Origin: an uncultured virus (IMG/VR IMGVR_UViG_3300035670_000036)
Taxonomy: Duplodnaviria > Heunggongvirae > Uroviricota > Caudoviricetes
DNA: 20,000 nucleotides
Reading direction: 5' to 3' (one strand)
Virus record (IMG/VR): IMGVR_UViG_3300035670_000036
The number at the start of each line of letters is the position of its first letter. The first letter of the stretch is position 1. The notes beneath the pieces were generated by a model. That model was not told the DNA's origin. It worked only from the letters and a program-made list of their open reading frames with translations, and did no database searches. Made by a program: the position numbers and the translations under genes. This document shows positions 1 through 7,664 of this stretch, piece after piece.

Positions 1-1
1 A

Positions 2-382
2 TTAAGAGGATTGCCGGGTTCAGGTAAAACAACTTTGGCAAATCAATTAGGCGGATCTCTAGTTGAAGCCGACAGATATTTTATGGAATATGGTGAGTAT
101 AAGTTTGATGCTTCTAAATTGAAAGAGGCTCATGCTTGGTGCAGGAATCAGGTTAAAGAGTGGATGGAAACCAATGATAGAGGATTTGATGTCCCCAGGA
201 TTGTTGTTTCCAATACCTTTACACAAGAATGGGAAATGAAACCTTACTTTGATTTGGCAAAAGAACATGGTTATACGGTCTTTTCATTAATTGTAGAAAA
301 TAGACATGGAGGTAAAAATGTTCATGATTGCCCGGAAGAAACTATAGCAAAGATGAGAGAAAGATTTGAAATTACATTATAA
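2..382 (+). CDS. P-loop kinase (AAA_33 / polynucleotide-kinase-like), 5'-truncated by window edge
   Basis: Frame open from base 2: LRGLPGSGKTT Walker A; EADRYF; IVVSNTF (DNTN-equivalent); HDCPEETIAKMRERF lid, as in PNK/N4BP2-like kinases. Confidence 0.85.
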   Translation, partial: LRGLPGSGKTTLANQLGGSLVEADRYFMEYGEYKFDASKLKEAHAWCRNQVKEWMETNDRGFDVPRIVVSNTFTQEWEMKPYFDLAKEHGYTVFSLIVENRHGGKNVHDCPEETIAKMRERFEITL

Positions 383-388
383 AAAAAT

Positions 389-757
389 ATGGAAATAACA
401 CACGAAATTAGAGAGTATATCATCAGTGATGGAGAAAACAAATATTCAGTTAGACACAATGTTGGTAAAGAATTTTATTTAATTCAACAAATTGTAGCAA
501 ACAAAATATATGGGGATAGAAATTCAATGGTTTATGTTGATGCGACTAAAGATTTTTTAGATAAAGTTAAAGAAGTCATAAATAAATCACATAAAGAGAA
601 AAGTAATATTCCCAATGTTTATGAATACATTTGGTCAAAGGTATTCCCAGATGAAGAATTTAATTATGGTGATTTCTATGATTGGTCAAGAGAAAACGCT
701 AATATTGCATTAGAATTAGCTTTACAGTATTGCGACCTAATGACTTGGAAAAAATGA
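389..757 (+). CDS. Hypothetical protein, probably an inserted gene
   Basis: 122 aa ORF with ATG, lying between two copies of a kinase-like 3' end. Confidence 0.75.
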   Translation: MEITHEIREYIISDGENKYSVRHNVGKEFYLIQQIVANKIYGDRNSMVYVDATKDFLDKVKEVINKSHKEKSNIPNVYEYIWSKVFPDEEFNYGDFYDWSRENANIALELALQYCDLMTWKK

Positions 758-783
758 GAGAAAGATTTAATGTAAAACTTTAA
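745..783 (+). repeat. Diverged duplicate of kinase 3' end (LEKMRERFNVKL*)
   Basis: ATGAGAGAAAGATTT is identical at 353-367 and 754-768; translation matches the kinase C-terminus IAKMRERFEITL* with the stop at the same register. Confidence 0.75.
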
Positions 784-794
784 AAACAATAATC

Positions 795-1139
795 ATGAGT
801 GGAGGGTTTTTTAATTATGACCAGGCTCGAATTAAAGGCATAATTGATTCTATCGAAGAGTTAATTGAAAGAAATGGGAGGGCTAAAACAGAAGAAGAGA
901 TTTTAGCGGGTGCTTGGGGTACTCTTGATGATGATTATTTTAATAAGTATCCAGAAGATAAGTTTTGGTACAAGTATCCGGATGAAGTTATAGAAGAGTT
1001 TAAAATAGCGGTAGAGTTCTTAAGGATTGCTTATGTATATGCTCAAAGAATTGATTGGTTAGTATCAGGTGATGATGGTGAGGAATCATTTATGGAAAGA
1101 CTAAAAAAAGATTTAACCTTAATAATATATTCGAAATGA
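795..1139 (+). CDS. Phage hypothetical protein (MSGG-F-Y N-terminus)
   Basis: 114 aa; MSGGFFNY start and RIDWLVSGDDGEESF segment recalled from conserved phage hypotheticals. Confidence 0.8.
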   Translation: MSGGFFNYDQARIKGIIDSIEELIERNGRAKTEEEILAGAWGTLDDDYFNKYPEDKFWYKYPDEVIEEFKIAVEFLRIAYVYAQRIDWLVSGDDGEESFMERLKKDLTLIIYSK

Positions 1140-1357
1140 AAAGCATGTTACTTCTTATTTTATTAGCGTGTGGGCTTACCTTTTTAGGGTTGTATTGTGA
1201 ATCTAAGAAAGATCCTTACGAGATTGGTATGCATTGGGATTATAGTATCACTTGCGAGAATGGATTTATCTTTAAAATATTAGATCAGCGAAGAGGTACG
1301 ATTCAAATTTTTAATAGCGATGGGACTCCTTTGAAATGTGGAGAAAGAATATATTAA
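1136..1357 (+). CDS. Small membrane-anchored or secreted hypothetical protein
   Basis: ATGA overlap with upstream stop; hydrophobic N-terminus MKSMLLLILLACGLTFLGLYC. Confidence 0.7.
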   Translation: MKSMLLLILLACGLTFLGLYCESKKDPYEIGMHWDYSITCENGFIFKILDQRRGTIQIFNSDGTPLKCGERIY

Positions 1358-1366
1358 AAACTTGTA

Positions 1367-1489
1367 TGTCGGATATATATTTTCGATAGCCTGTACCCTT
1401 GAGAAACTCGTATTAGCCAGCTGTAAATATAACGGCAGGTAAGATAAGCAGGCATGCTCTGATATAAAGGGGTAGTAGAATAAAGAGCA
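1367..1489 (+). ncRNA. Candidate structured RNA with multi-stem junction and pseudoknot, family unrecognised
   Basis: Intergenic and GC-enriched. Stems: 1367-1373/1382-1388; GCCTG 1389-1393/CAGGC 1449-1453; GAG 1401-1403/CTC 1407-1409; 1411-1424/1432-1446 with internal loops; TGCTCT 1455-1460/AGAGCA 1484-1489. Pseudoknot TACCCTT 1394-1400/AGGGGTA 1468-1474. Confidence 0.55.
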
Positions 1490-1514
1490 AATTTTAACTT
1501 AAAAATGTAAAAAG

Positions 1515-1688
1515 ATGTTTGAAAAGCTGTATGAAGGTTTTAAAGATGTGGATGATCCTAGTAGATTGTATGAGATTAAAATGGATATTAGGAGATCCAG
1601 ATATGAAATGTATGAAAAATGTTTTAGTAACCTAGCAAAGCCTATCGTTAAATTTTTTACTGATGATTGGTTTGTTTTAAAAAGATAA
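1515..1688 (+). CDS. Small hypothetical protein, 57 aa (not in supplied ORF track)
   Basis: ATG 1515 to TAA 1688: MFEKLYEGFKDVDDPSRLYEIKMDIRRSRYEMYEKCFSNLAKPIVKFFTDDWFVLKR; A-rich leader; stop is 1 nt before next ATG. Confidence 0.7.
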   Translation: MFEKLYEGFKDVDDPSRLYEIKMDIRRSRYEMYEKCFSNLAKPIVKFFTDDWFVLKR

Positions 1689-1689
1689 T

Positions 1690-2454
1690 ATGAAAAGTGT
1701 AATTATTGGAGACATTCATGGTAGAATATCATGGGAGAAAATTGTTGAAAAAGAAAATGATGCAGATAGATTTATATTTGTAGGAGATTACTTTGATACA
1801 CATGAAAATATAAGAATTATAGTTCAATTACATAATTTTAAACGTTTGATTGACTTTAAGAATGAGTCAAAAGCAGATGTTATTATGTTAATTGGTAATC
1901 ATGACTTTCATTACATGCCTTTTGCTAATGAGACGTATTCAGGACATCAGAGAGGACATCATCATACTATTCAGACGTTATTGATGGAAAATATAAATGA
2001 GTTATCTATGTGTTATAAGATGGATAATTATTTATTTAGTCATGCGGGAGTTAGTTCTGAATGGTTAGAGTACTGGGGAAGTAGGATGAAGGTAAATATG
2101 AAGGATGCTGTTGATGTTATTGTTAATGATTTATTTATTGGTTCTCCCCGCGCTTTTAAATTTGCCGGATGGGACCCTTATGGAGACAGTGCCGAATCTT
2201 CTCCTATATGGATCCGGCCTAAGTCATTACAGGAATCTAACTATGATACCTTCCGGAAAGAATACATCCAGGTTGTAGGCCATACACAACAAAAGAAAAT
2301 AGATATTAATGGGCACACTACGGGAGGAAGGTATTACTACATTGACACTCTAGGTACTAGCCAGGAATATCTAATTATCGAAGACGGTAAAGTTAGCGTA
2401 GGTCAATTATCGGATGATTTTACTTCATATCAATCTTCTTCAAAAGAAATTTAG
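1690..2454 (+). CDS. Calcineurin-like metallophosphoesterase
   Basis: Full motif set GDIHG, GDYFD, GNHD, SHAG, VGHT. Confidence 0.92.
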   Translation: MKSVIIGDIHGRISWEKIVEKENDADRFIFVGDYFDTHENIRIIVQLHNFKRLIDFKNESKADVIMLIGNHDFHYMPFANETYSGHQRGHHHTIQTLLMENINELSMCYKMDNYLFSHAGVSSEWLEYWGSRMKVNMKDAVDVIVNDLFIGSPRAFKFAGWDPYGDSAESSPIWIRPKSLQESNYDTFRKEYIQVVGHTQQKKIDINGHTTGGRYYYIDTLGTSQEYLIIEDGKVSVGQLSDDFTSYQSSSKEI

Positions 2455-2482
2455 GTTTTCTAGAAAAATTGTTTTATATTTG
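2451..2482 (+). promoter_or_regulatory. Bacteroidota-type sigma70 promoter
   Basis: -7 TATATTTG at 2475-2482; imperfect -33 TTAG at 2451-2454; 20 nt spacer; 22 nt before ATG 2505. Confidence 0.65.
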
Positions 2483-2504
2483 TATTAAGTTGTAAAAATA
2501 AAGT

Positions 2505-2870
2505 ATGAAAAAAGAAAATTTTAAAAACATCTTGAAATCGTATCGTGATGTATTCACTCACTTGTGTGATTTACATGATATGGGATTTAACTTATTAGAT
2601 AATAAACGTTTTCCCATAAATGATTTGATTTCTAATATATTCAACCAAAGTATCCTATCCCACTACAATGATGAAGGATTAGATTGGATAACATGGTATC
2701 TTCTAGAATTTATTAAAGTTGATACTCTTATTTCAGATAATGAGTTGATGTATCCGGATAGAGAACCTGCTGCATGGGATTCCAATGGAGCTCCTATATG
2801 TTTTAATATTGATGTATTATATGATTACATTAATAAGAATTGTAAACCTGAAAAACAAGAATGTTGCTAG
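2505..2870 (+). CDS. Phage hypothetical protein
   Basis: 121 aa; EGLDWITWYLLE and AWDSNGAPIC...LYDY segments; downstream of promoter. Confidence 0.8.
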   Translation: MKKENFKNILKSYRDVFTHLCDLHDMGFNLLDNKRFPINDLISNIFNQSILSHYNDEGLDWITWYLLEFIKVDTLISDNELMYPDREPAAWDSNGAPICFNIDVLYDYINKNCKPEKQECC

Positions 2871-3178
2871 TAAAATCAAAAGTTGTACATTGTAAGAAAG
2901 AAAGTTATAATGTATATATTGGAAGGCCGAGCAAGTGGGGGAATCCTTTCACGCATAAACAAGATGGAAAAACACTTGCTAAGTATGTAGTGGAAGATAG
3001 AGATGCTGCTGTCAATGCTTATAGGGAATGGATTACAAATGGAGATGGAAAACATTTATTGGATGATTTACATGAATTAAAAGGTGGAAAGATTCTTGGA
3101 TGTTGGTGTAAGCCACAAGCATGTCATGGAGATGTTTTATTAGAATTGTTAGATAAATTAACCCCGCAAAATAAATAA
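2861..3178 (+). CDS. DUF4326 domain protein
   Basis: VYIGRPSKWGNPF and LGCWCKPQACHGDVL signature motifs. Confidence 0.9.
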   Translation: MLLVKSKVVHCKKESYNVYIGRPSKWGNPFTHKQDGKTLAKYVVEDRDAAVNAYREWITNGDGKHLLDDLHELKGGKILGCWCKPQACHGDVLLELLDKLTPQNK

Positions 3179-3179
3179 C

Positions 3180-3422
3180 ATGAATTTAGAATCTATACTT
3201 GAAAAATATCCGGATGAAACATTTTTAAAAGCAGATGGATTTGATGATGCTATACTTGGAGTGGATGAATCTTCCATGCGTCTTATCTACTCTATATCTA
3301 AATGTATTGATATCCTGATGGAAGACATGTCAGATGAAGATGCCTTAGAACATTTTTATTATAATGTCAGTGGTTCATATATGGGAGAACAAACTCCTAT
3401 CTGGTGCGATGATCTTGATTAA
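3180..3422 (+). CDS. Conserved phage hypothetical protein (acidic)
   Basis: 80 aa; ADGFDDAILG...EHFYYNVSGSYMGEQTPIW pattern recalled from aquatic phage proteins. Confidence 0.8.
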   Translation: MNLESILEKYPDETFLKADGFDDAILGVDESSMRLIYSISKCIDILMEDMSDEDALEHFYYNVSGSYMGEQTPIWCDDLD

Positions 3423-3437
3423 CTTAAATTAAATGAT

Positions 3438-3683
3438 ATGACAAACGAAGATTTATTAAAAGAAAATGGATGGGAAATTGAATGTGAAAGCCCATTTGAG
3501 ATACGACACGAAGATGGAAGTTTTGCAAGTATGAACGCTGCTTATAGAGTAGTTGAAGAATTGCGTTTATCTGATGTTATGAGTAGTGTTTTATTGATTA
3601 AAGATGCCTACAAAGCTGAACTGATTAATAAAGATATGTTCATAACTAAAATGATAGACTTACTTGAAAAACATTACTCATAA
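3438..3683 (+). CDS. Hypothetical protein
   Basis: 81 aa ORF in operon; GWEIECESPFEIRH segment. Confidence 0.75.
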   Translation: MTNEDLLKENGWEIECESPFEIRHEDGSFASMNAAYRVVEELRLSDVMSSVLLIKDAYKAELINKDMFITKMIDLLEKHYS

Positions 3684-3753
3684 CTAATGGCTTGGCGATA
3701 CTGTATTAAAAGTAAAAAGGTTATTATAAATTCTTAAACCTAAATTTATTACT

Positions 3754-4311
3754 ATGTACATTTTAATTATTTTATTCATTGTTATAATTGGGTATATCCC
3801 CGCAATAATTCTCTATTACTATATTAAATCCTATGTGTCTTACAAAATAGGATTGCGTAAGCTAGAGAAGAAGTTTGGTTCAATGTCAAGCAAAAGTGCG
3901 AGATACAAATTTCCTCCCGTAGCTTTCAGAGATATTCTACTATGTTTCTCCAACCACAGAGAAGATAGATATAAATATATAGGCATTTCTTGGAATATAT
4001 TTAAAGAAGGTACTGATTTGCATGAATACCTAGAGGACTTTATTATGTTTGTTGCAAAGAAAGCTAAACCTTGGTGGTGTCCTACATTTGTGCTGAATCT
4101 CCTTAATTTATTTGCTAATGATAACTCGATTGTTAGATGTAGGAATCAACATTTAGCATTCGCTTTTAGAAATATTACTGGTGGATTGTTAATAACTGAC
4201 ATAAAAGTAAAGTATGGAACAATAAGAGTTTATGGTTATTTTACTAAAGAGGTTGACGAGGAATTAACAAAACTTGAAAAATTAATTGATCCACATTTAG
4301 AGGCTTATTAA
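3754..4311 (+). CDS. Hypothetical protein with N-terminal TM helix
   Basis: Hydrophobic residues 1-24; C-terminal DIKVKYGTIRVY resembles the QIKEKFGxLRxY motif of phage hypotheticals. Confidence 0.75.
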   Translation: MYILIILFIVIIGYIPAIILYYYIKSYVSYKIGLRKLEKKFGSMSSKSARYKFPPVAFRDILLCFSNHREDRYKYIGISWNIFKEGTDLHEYLEDFIMFVAKKAKPWWCPTFVLNLLNLFANDNSIVRCRNQHLAFAFRNITGGLLITDIKVKYGTIRVYGYFTKEVDEELTKLEKLIDPHLEAY

Positions 4312-4312
4312 T

Positions 4313-4612
4313 ATGATTACGCAAAAAAGAAAAGAATATCTTAGAAATAGGTTTGCTAATTTATCGGAGGAAAAGAAAGAGGAGCATAGGAGAAAAAGAT
4401 TGGCTGATTACCACTCCATGTCTGAGTATGCTAGGCAAAAAGAAGTGAAAAGACGACAACAATATTACATAAAAAACAAAGAGAAGTTAAGAGAAAGACA
4501 AAGAGAATACTATGCGAAAAACAGGGAAATTTATGTAGAATACGCTAGAAATAAAAGGGAGAGAGAAAAAGAATTAAAAAAGTCCTTAATTAGTTTGGAA
4601 GTTACAAAATAA
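4313..4612 (+). CDS. Highly charged helical hypothetical protein
   Basis: R/K/E-rich, with repeated YYxKN(K/R)E units. Confidence 0.7.
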   Translation: MITQKRKEYLRNRFANLSEEKKEEHRRKRLADYHSMSEYARQKEVKRRQQYYIKNKEKLRERQREYYAKNREIYVEYARNKREREKELKKSLISLEVTK

Positions 4613-4625
4613 TAAGTTATCTTTG
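4594..4625 (+). promoter_or_regulatory. Bacteroidota-type sigma70 promoter for RNA ligase
   Basis: Perfect consensus: TTTG 4594-4597, 20 nt spacer, TATCTTTG 4618-4625. Confidence 0.8.
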
Positions 4626-4644
4626 TGTCATTAAATCATAGTTT

Positions 4645-5775
4645 ATGAAAAATGAAAACAGTGTTTGTTTCGTGTCCGTGATAAATGATATTCAATCTAT
4701 TCCGGATGCTGACAATATAGAACTAGCTGTTATAAATGGCTGGCAATGTGTTGTAAAAAAAGGTTCTCACTCAATTGGAGATTTAGTTATCTGCGCTACT
4801 ACAGATGCTATGATACCTTTAGAAATTTCAGAGAAATTAGGTATCACTAATTATCTCCGTAACAAAGAAAGAGTTAGGACAATTAAGCTAAGAAGTGTTT
4901 ACAGTGAATGCTTGATAATGCCGATTGATTTGATTCCGGAAAATAAGAGGAAAAAATGGGAGGATGTAATGGATATTCTTAAAATATCTAAGTATGAACC
5001 TGCGGTTAAAATGATTAGATTAGCCAATGGTAAAAAAAGAAAATACCATGAAAATCCTAATTTCCCTATTTACTACAAATTCCCTAATTTTAAAAATGTT
5101 CCTAATATTTTTGATGAAAATGATTATGTCGAAATTACTAGGAAAATACATGGAACAAATGCAAGATACGGGATTGTTAAGAAAAATAAGCTATCTCTGT
5201 GGATTAAAATTAAAAAATTCTTTGGTTTTGAGACAGGTTGGGATGAATATGAATTCGTGGTAGGTTCTCATAACGTAGAAAAAGGATCTGATAGTCAAGG
5301 TTTCTATGATACTAATGTTTGGTATGATATTGAGAAAAAATATGATATTAAAAATAAGCTCTGGAATCTTGTTAAGAAAAATTTTGGTGGTTATTCTCGC
5401 ATGAGCTCTGGTTTTATAATCTACGGCGAAATATATGGGAAAGGAATCCAGAAAAACTATGAGTATGGATTAGATGATATACAGCTATGTATTTTCGATA
5501 TTGAATTAGATAAAAAGTATTTCAATTTGTCCGCAGCTCAATATATGACTGAAGAATATTTAAATCTACCCTACGTTGAAGTCTTATATAAAGGACTTTA
5601 TTCAGAGGAAGTAAGAAATTCATTCGTGTTCAATAATTTTATAAACAACACTAAAGTTCCTCACGAAGGTATTGTTATAAAAGCTGTTGATGGAAATAGA
5701 TCGAAAGTAGCTAAAGTAATAAACCCGGATTACTTAATATACAGCGAAAAAAATAATGTCGGGGATTCACATTAA
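4645..5775 (+). CDS. ATP-dependent RNA ligase, DRB0094-like (Rnl2-related) with N-terminal OB fold
   Basis: N-terminal IPDADNIELAVINGWQCVVKKG; nucleotidyltransferase motifs I KIHGTN, III GEIYG, IIIa FDI, IV EGIVIK, V KVINPDY. Confidence 0.92.
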   Translation: MKNENSVCFVSVINDIQSIPDADNIELAVINGWQCVVKKGSHSIGDLVICATTDAMIPLEISEKLGITNYLRNKERVRTIKLRSVYSECLIMPIDLIPENKRKKWEDVMDILKISKYEPAVKMIRLANGKKRKYHENPNFPIYYKFPNFKNVPNIFDENDYVEITRKIHGTNARYGIVKKNKLSLWIKIKKFFGFETGWDEYEFVVGSHNVEKGSDSQGFYDTNVWYDIEKKYDIKNKLWNLVKKNFGGYSRMSSGFIIYGEIYGKGIQKNYEYGLDDIQLCIFDIELDKKYFNLSAAQYMTEEYLNLPYVEVLYKGLYSEEVRNSFVFNNFINNTKVPHEGIVIKAVDGNRSKVAKVINPDYLIYSEKNNVGDSH

Positions 5776-5799
5776 TCAATCACAATTATATCACAAAGT

Positions 5800-6021
5800 A
5801 TGAGAAAAGTTTTTGTTAATTTATTGGTTTTATTGTTCTTCTTAATAACAACTTGTATTGGGTCTTTTATGGTTATGGTGTGTTGGAATTTTTCAATTGC
5901 TGATTATTTTGAATTGAAAGATTTATCCTTCCTTCAATCTTTTGGATTCTATGTCATGTTAAGAATTATCCTAGACAATCCTATAAAGATAGAGGCAACG
6001 GATCAGTCTGATAAGGACTAA
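5800..6021 (+). CDS. Small membrane protein
   Basis: 73 aa with two hydrophobic segments. Confidence 0.75.
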   Translation: MRKVFVNLLVLLFFLITTCIGSFMVMVCWNFSIADYFELKDLSFLQSFGFYVMLRIILDNPIKIEATDQSDKD

Positions 6022-6034
6022 TAAAATAAACAAG

Positions 6035-6069
6035 TATGAGGCCTTTTTACAAAGGCCTCATATTTATTT
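6035..6069 (+). terminator. Intrinsic terminator hairpin
   Basis: Perfect 12-bp inverted repeat TATGAGGCCTTT-TTAC-AAAGGCCTCATA (6035-6062) followed by TTTATTT. Confidence 0.8.
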
Positions 6070-6074
6070 AAAAG
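6061..6074 (+). promoter_or_regulatory. Putative phage-specific (late) promoter motif TATTTATTTAAAAG
   Basis: Matches motif upstream of three - strand genes; core ends 11 nt before ATG 6080. Confidence 0.5.
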
Positions 6075-6079
6075 ATATT

Positions 6080-6733
6080 ATGGATTCTAAGAAAATAGAC
6101 TCGGTTAAATTTGGAAATCAACCAGAAGAGTATGTAAGAAAGATTGAGAAAGATGAATACGGAACTCTTAAAAAAGCAAAAGATTCCGGTATGATAGATG
6201 AATTTATAAAAAAGTTTCCTCCTCCAAAGAATTCTTCCGATACCGCAAAGAAAGAACTTGAACATCTTAAAAAAATTTCTGATAATGTTACGGATAAAGA
6301 AAAAAGTATGTGTTTTTATATGGAGCATCATCATTTAGATTTCTTCGTGAAAACGGCGGAAAAATTGGGTATTAAAGGTGTAGACCGGAAAAAAGTTAAC
6401 TCCTGGGCTGGTGAGGCTTTTCCTATAGTGTACTACCTTAAAGATTACTTCAATAGACCTAGGCCAAACGAACTAGCCGGAGAGTACGGAATTAAGCTAC
6501 ATCCTATAACTAGAACCGATGCAAATTCAGCTGCTTACCCTTCCGGACATACCATGGATTTTCTAGTTATGATTTACCAATTAATGAAATTGAAACCCTC
6601 CTCGAGAAAATATTTTGTAGATCTCTACAATAAAATAAAGGATGTTAGAGAGTTATCAGGAGTTCATTATCCGTCGGATGGGGATGGAAGTGAAGAATTG
6701 TTCAAATTAATGTTGAAATACAAAATAATATAG
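6080..6733 (+). CDS. PAP2 superfamily phosphatase (acid phosphatase / vanadium haloperoxidase fold)
   Basis: Motifs KDYFNRPRP, YPSGH, RELSGVHYPSD; no TM segments. Confidence 0.88.
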   Translation: MDSKKIDSVKFGNQPEEYVRKIEKDEYGTLKKAKDSGMIDEFIKKFPPPKNSSDTAKKELEHLKKISDNVTDKEKSMCFYMEHHHLDFFVKTAEKLGIKGVDRKKVNSWAGEAFPIVYYLKDYFNRPRPNELAGEYGIKLHPITRTDANSAAYPSGHTMDFLVMIYQLMKLKPSSRKYFVDLYNKIKDVRELSGVHYPSDGDGSEELFKLMLKYKII

Positions 6734-6742
6734 TTATATTTG
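6712..6742 (+). promoter_or_regulatory. Bacteroidota-type sigma70 promoter for thyX operon
   Basis: GTTG 6712-6715, 19 nt spacer, TATATTTG 6735-6742. Confidence 0.7.
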
Positions 6743-6800
6743 CACAACAAACTTAATTGGTTTATTACACAAAATTTAGTTTACTAGAAAGTTTCAAACA

Positions 6801-7664
6801 ATGAAAGCAGAATTAATTGATTTTATGGGAAGTGACCTCAAGATTGCAAATGTCGCTAGAGTTTCTTATGACAAGGAAGCCTCGAATTATCCCGACAGTC
6901 AAAATGAGAATCTATTAGAATTTCTATGGGAAGAAGGGCATGTATCTCCCTTCAGACATGCGCAATTACAATTTCGGTTGTCATGTCCAATATATGTAGA
7001 AAGGCAGCTTAGAAAGCATGAAATTGGCGTTGAAGTGAATTTACCAATGGAGAATATGTCTGTAAACTCAATATCGGGGAGATATGTAGATTTCTCAGAT
7101 TCTTACTATACTATTCAAACATTTAGGTCCCAGTCGAAAGATTCAAAACAAGGTAGTGGTGAAGATCTAAATAAATTAAGTAATGTAATAGCAAATATTA
7201 CTCAAGATGAAATAATAGAGAATGCTAAAACAGCTTATGAAAAGTTACTTGAACTAGGAACAAGTAAAGAGCAGGCTAGATCGGTACTTCCATTATCCTT
7301 GGAGACAACTTTTATTTGGACTATGAGTTTTTTAGCTTTCATACACTTAGTTAAATTAAGAATCAAGAAAGATGTACAAAAAGAAACTAGAGACTTAGTT
7401 GCAGATATGTTGGAACAAGTAAAAAACATGCCGGGTAATCCTTTTAAGAAGTCTTTAGAACTCTTGGAAAGAAAAGAAGAGGCTTTTATTGTGACAAACA
7501 ATAGCGGAGATATTATATCTGTATTTACTAGCCTAAGAAAATTAAAAAAACATTTCTTGAATAAAGGTTGGATTTTTGATAAAACTTCCTTATCTTTGCA
7601 GAATAATTTGAAAACATTATTTATTACTAAAATGGGATTAGACGGAAGTTATGAAGAGATCTAA
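6801..7664 (+). CDS. thyX: FAD-dependent thymidylate synthase ThyX with C-terminal extension
   Basis: MGSDLKIANVARVSY, GHVSPFRH, RQLRKH...NSISGRY, EQARSVLP, LRIKKDVQKET. Confidence 0.92.
   Translation: MKAELIDFMGSDLKIANVARVSYDKEASNYPDSQNENLLEFLWEEGHVSPFRHAQLQFRLSCPIYVERQLRKHEIGVEVNLPMENMSVNSISGRYVDFSDSYYTIQTFRSQSKDSKQGSGEDLNKLSNVIANITQDEIIENAKTAYEKLLELGTSKEQARSVLPLSLETTFIWTMSFLAFIHLVKLRIKKDVQKETRDLVADMLEQVKNMPGNPFKKSLELLERKEEAFIVTNNSGDIISVFTSLRKLKKHFLNKGWIFDKTSLSLQNNLKTLFITKMGLDGSYEEI

Noticed and set aside
59..268. Antisense or alternate-frame ORFs in the track (59-268, 5027-5263, 6068-6334, 7235-7501, 10502-10732, 10638-10847, 12712-12906, 12864-13064, 14581-14787, 15844-16053, 17558-17746)
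   Set aside because: They overlap well-supported genes, have no recognisable motifs and look like shadow ORFs
1401..1466. Hammerhead ribozyme (GAAA at 1403-1406 and CTGAT at 1459-1463)
   Set aside because: Core must be CUGANGA; here it reads CTGATAT and the stem arrangement does not fit
3687..3737. 16-codon mini ORF MAWRYCIKSKKVIINS
   Set aside because: Too short to support; may be a gene remnant but there is no independent evidence
4313..4612. Homing endonuclease
   Set aside because: Charged repeats resemble HNH N-terminal linkers, but no HNH, GIY-YIG or Cys motifs are present
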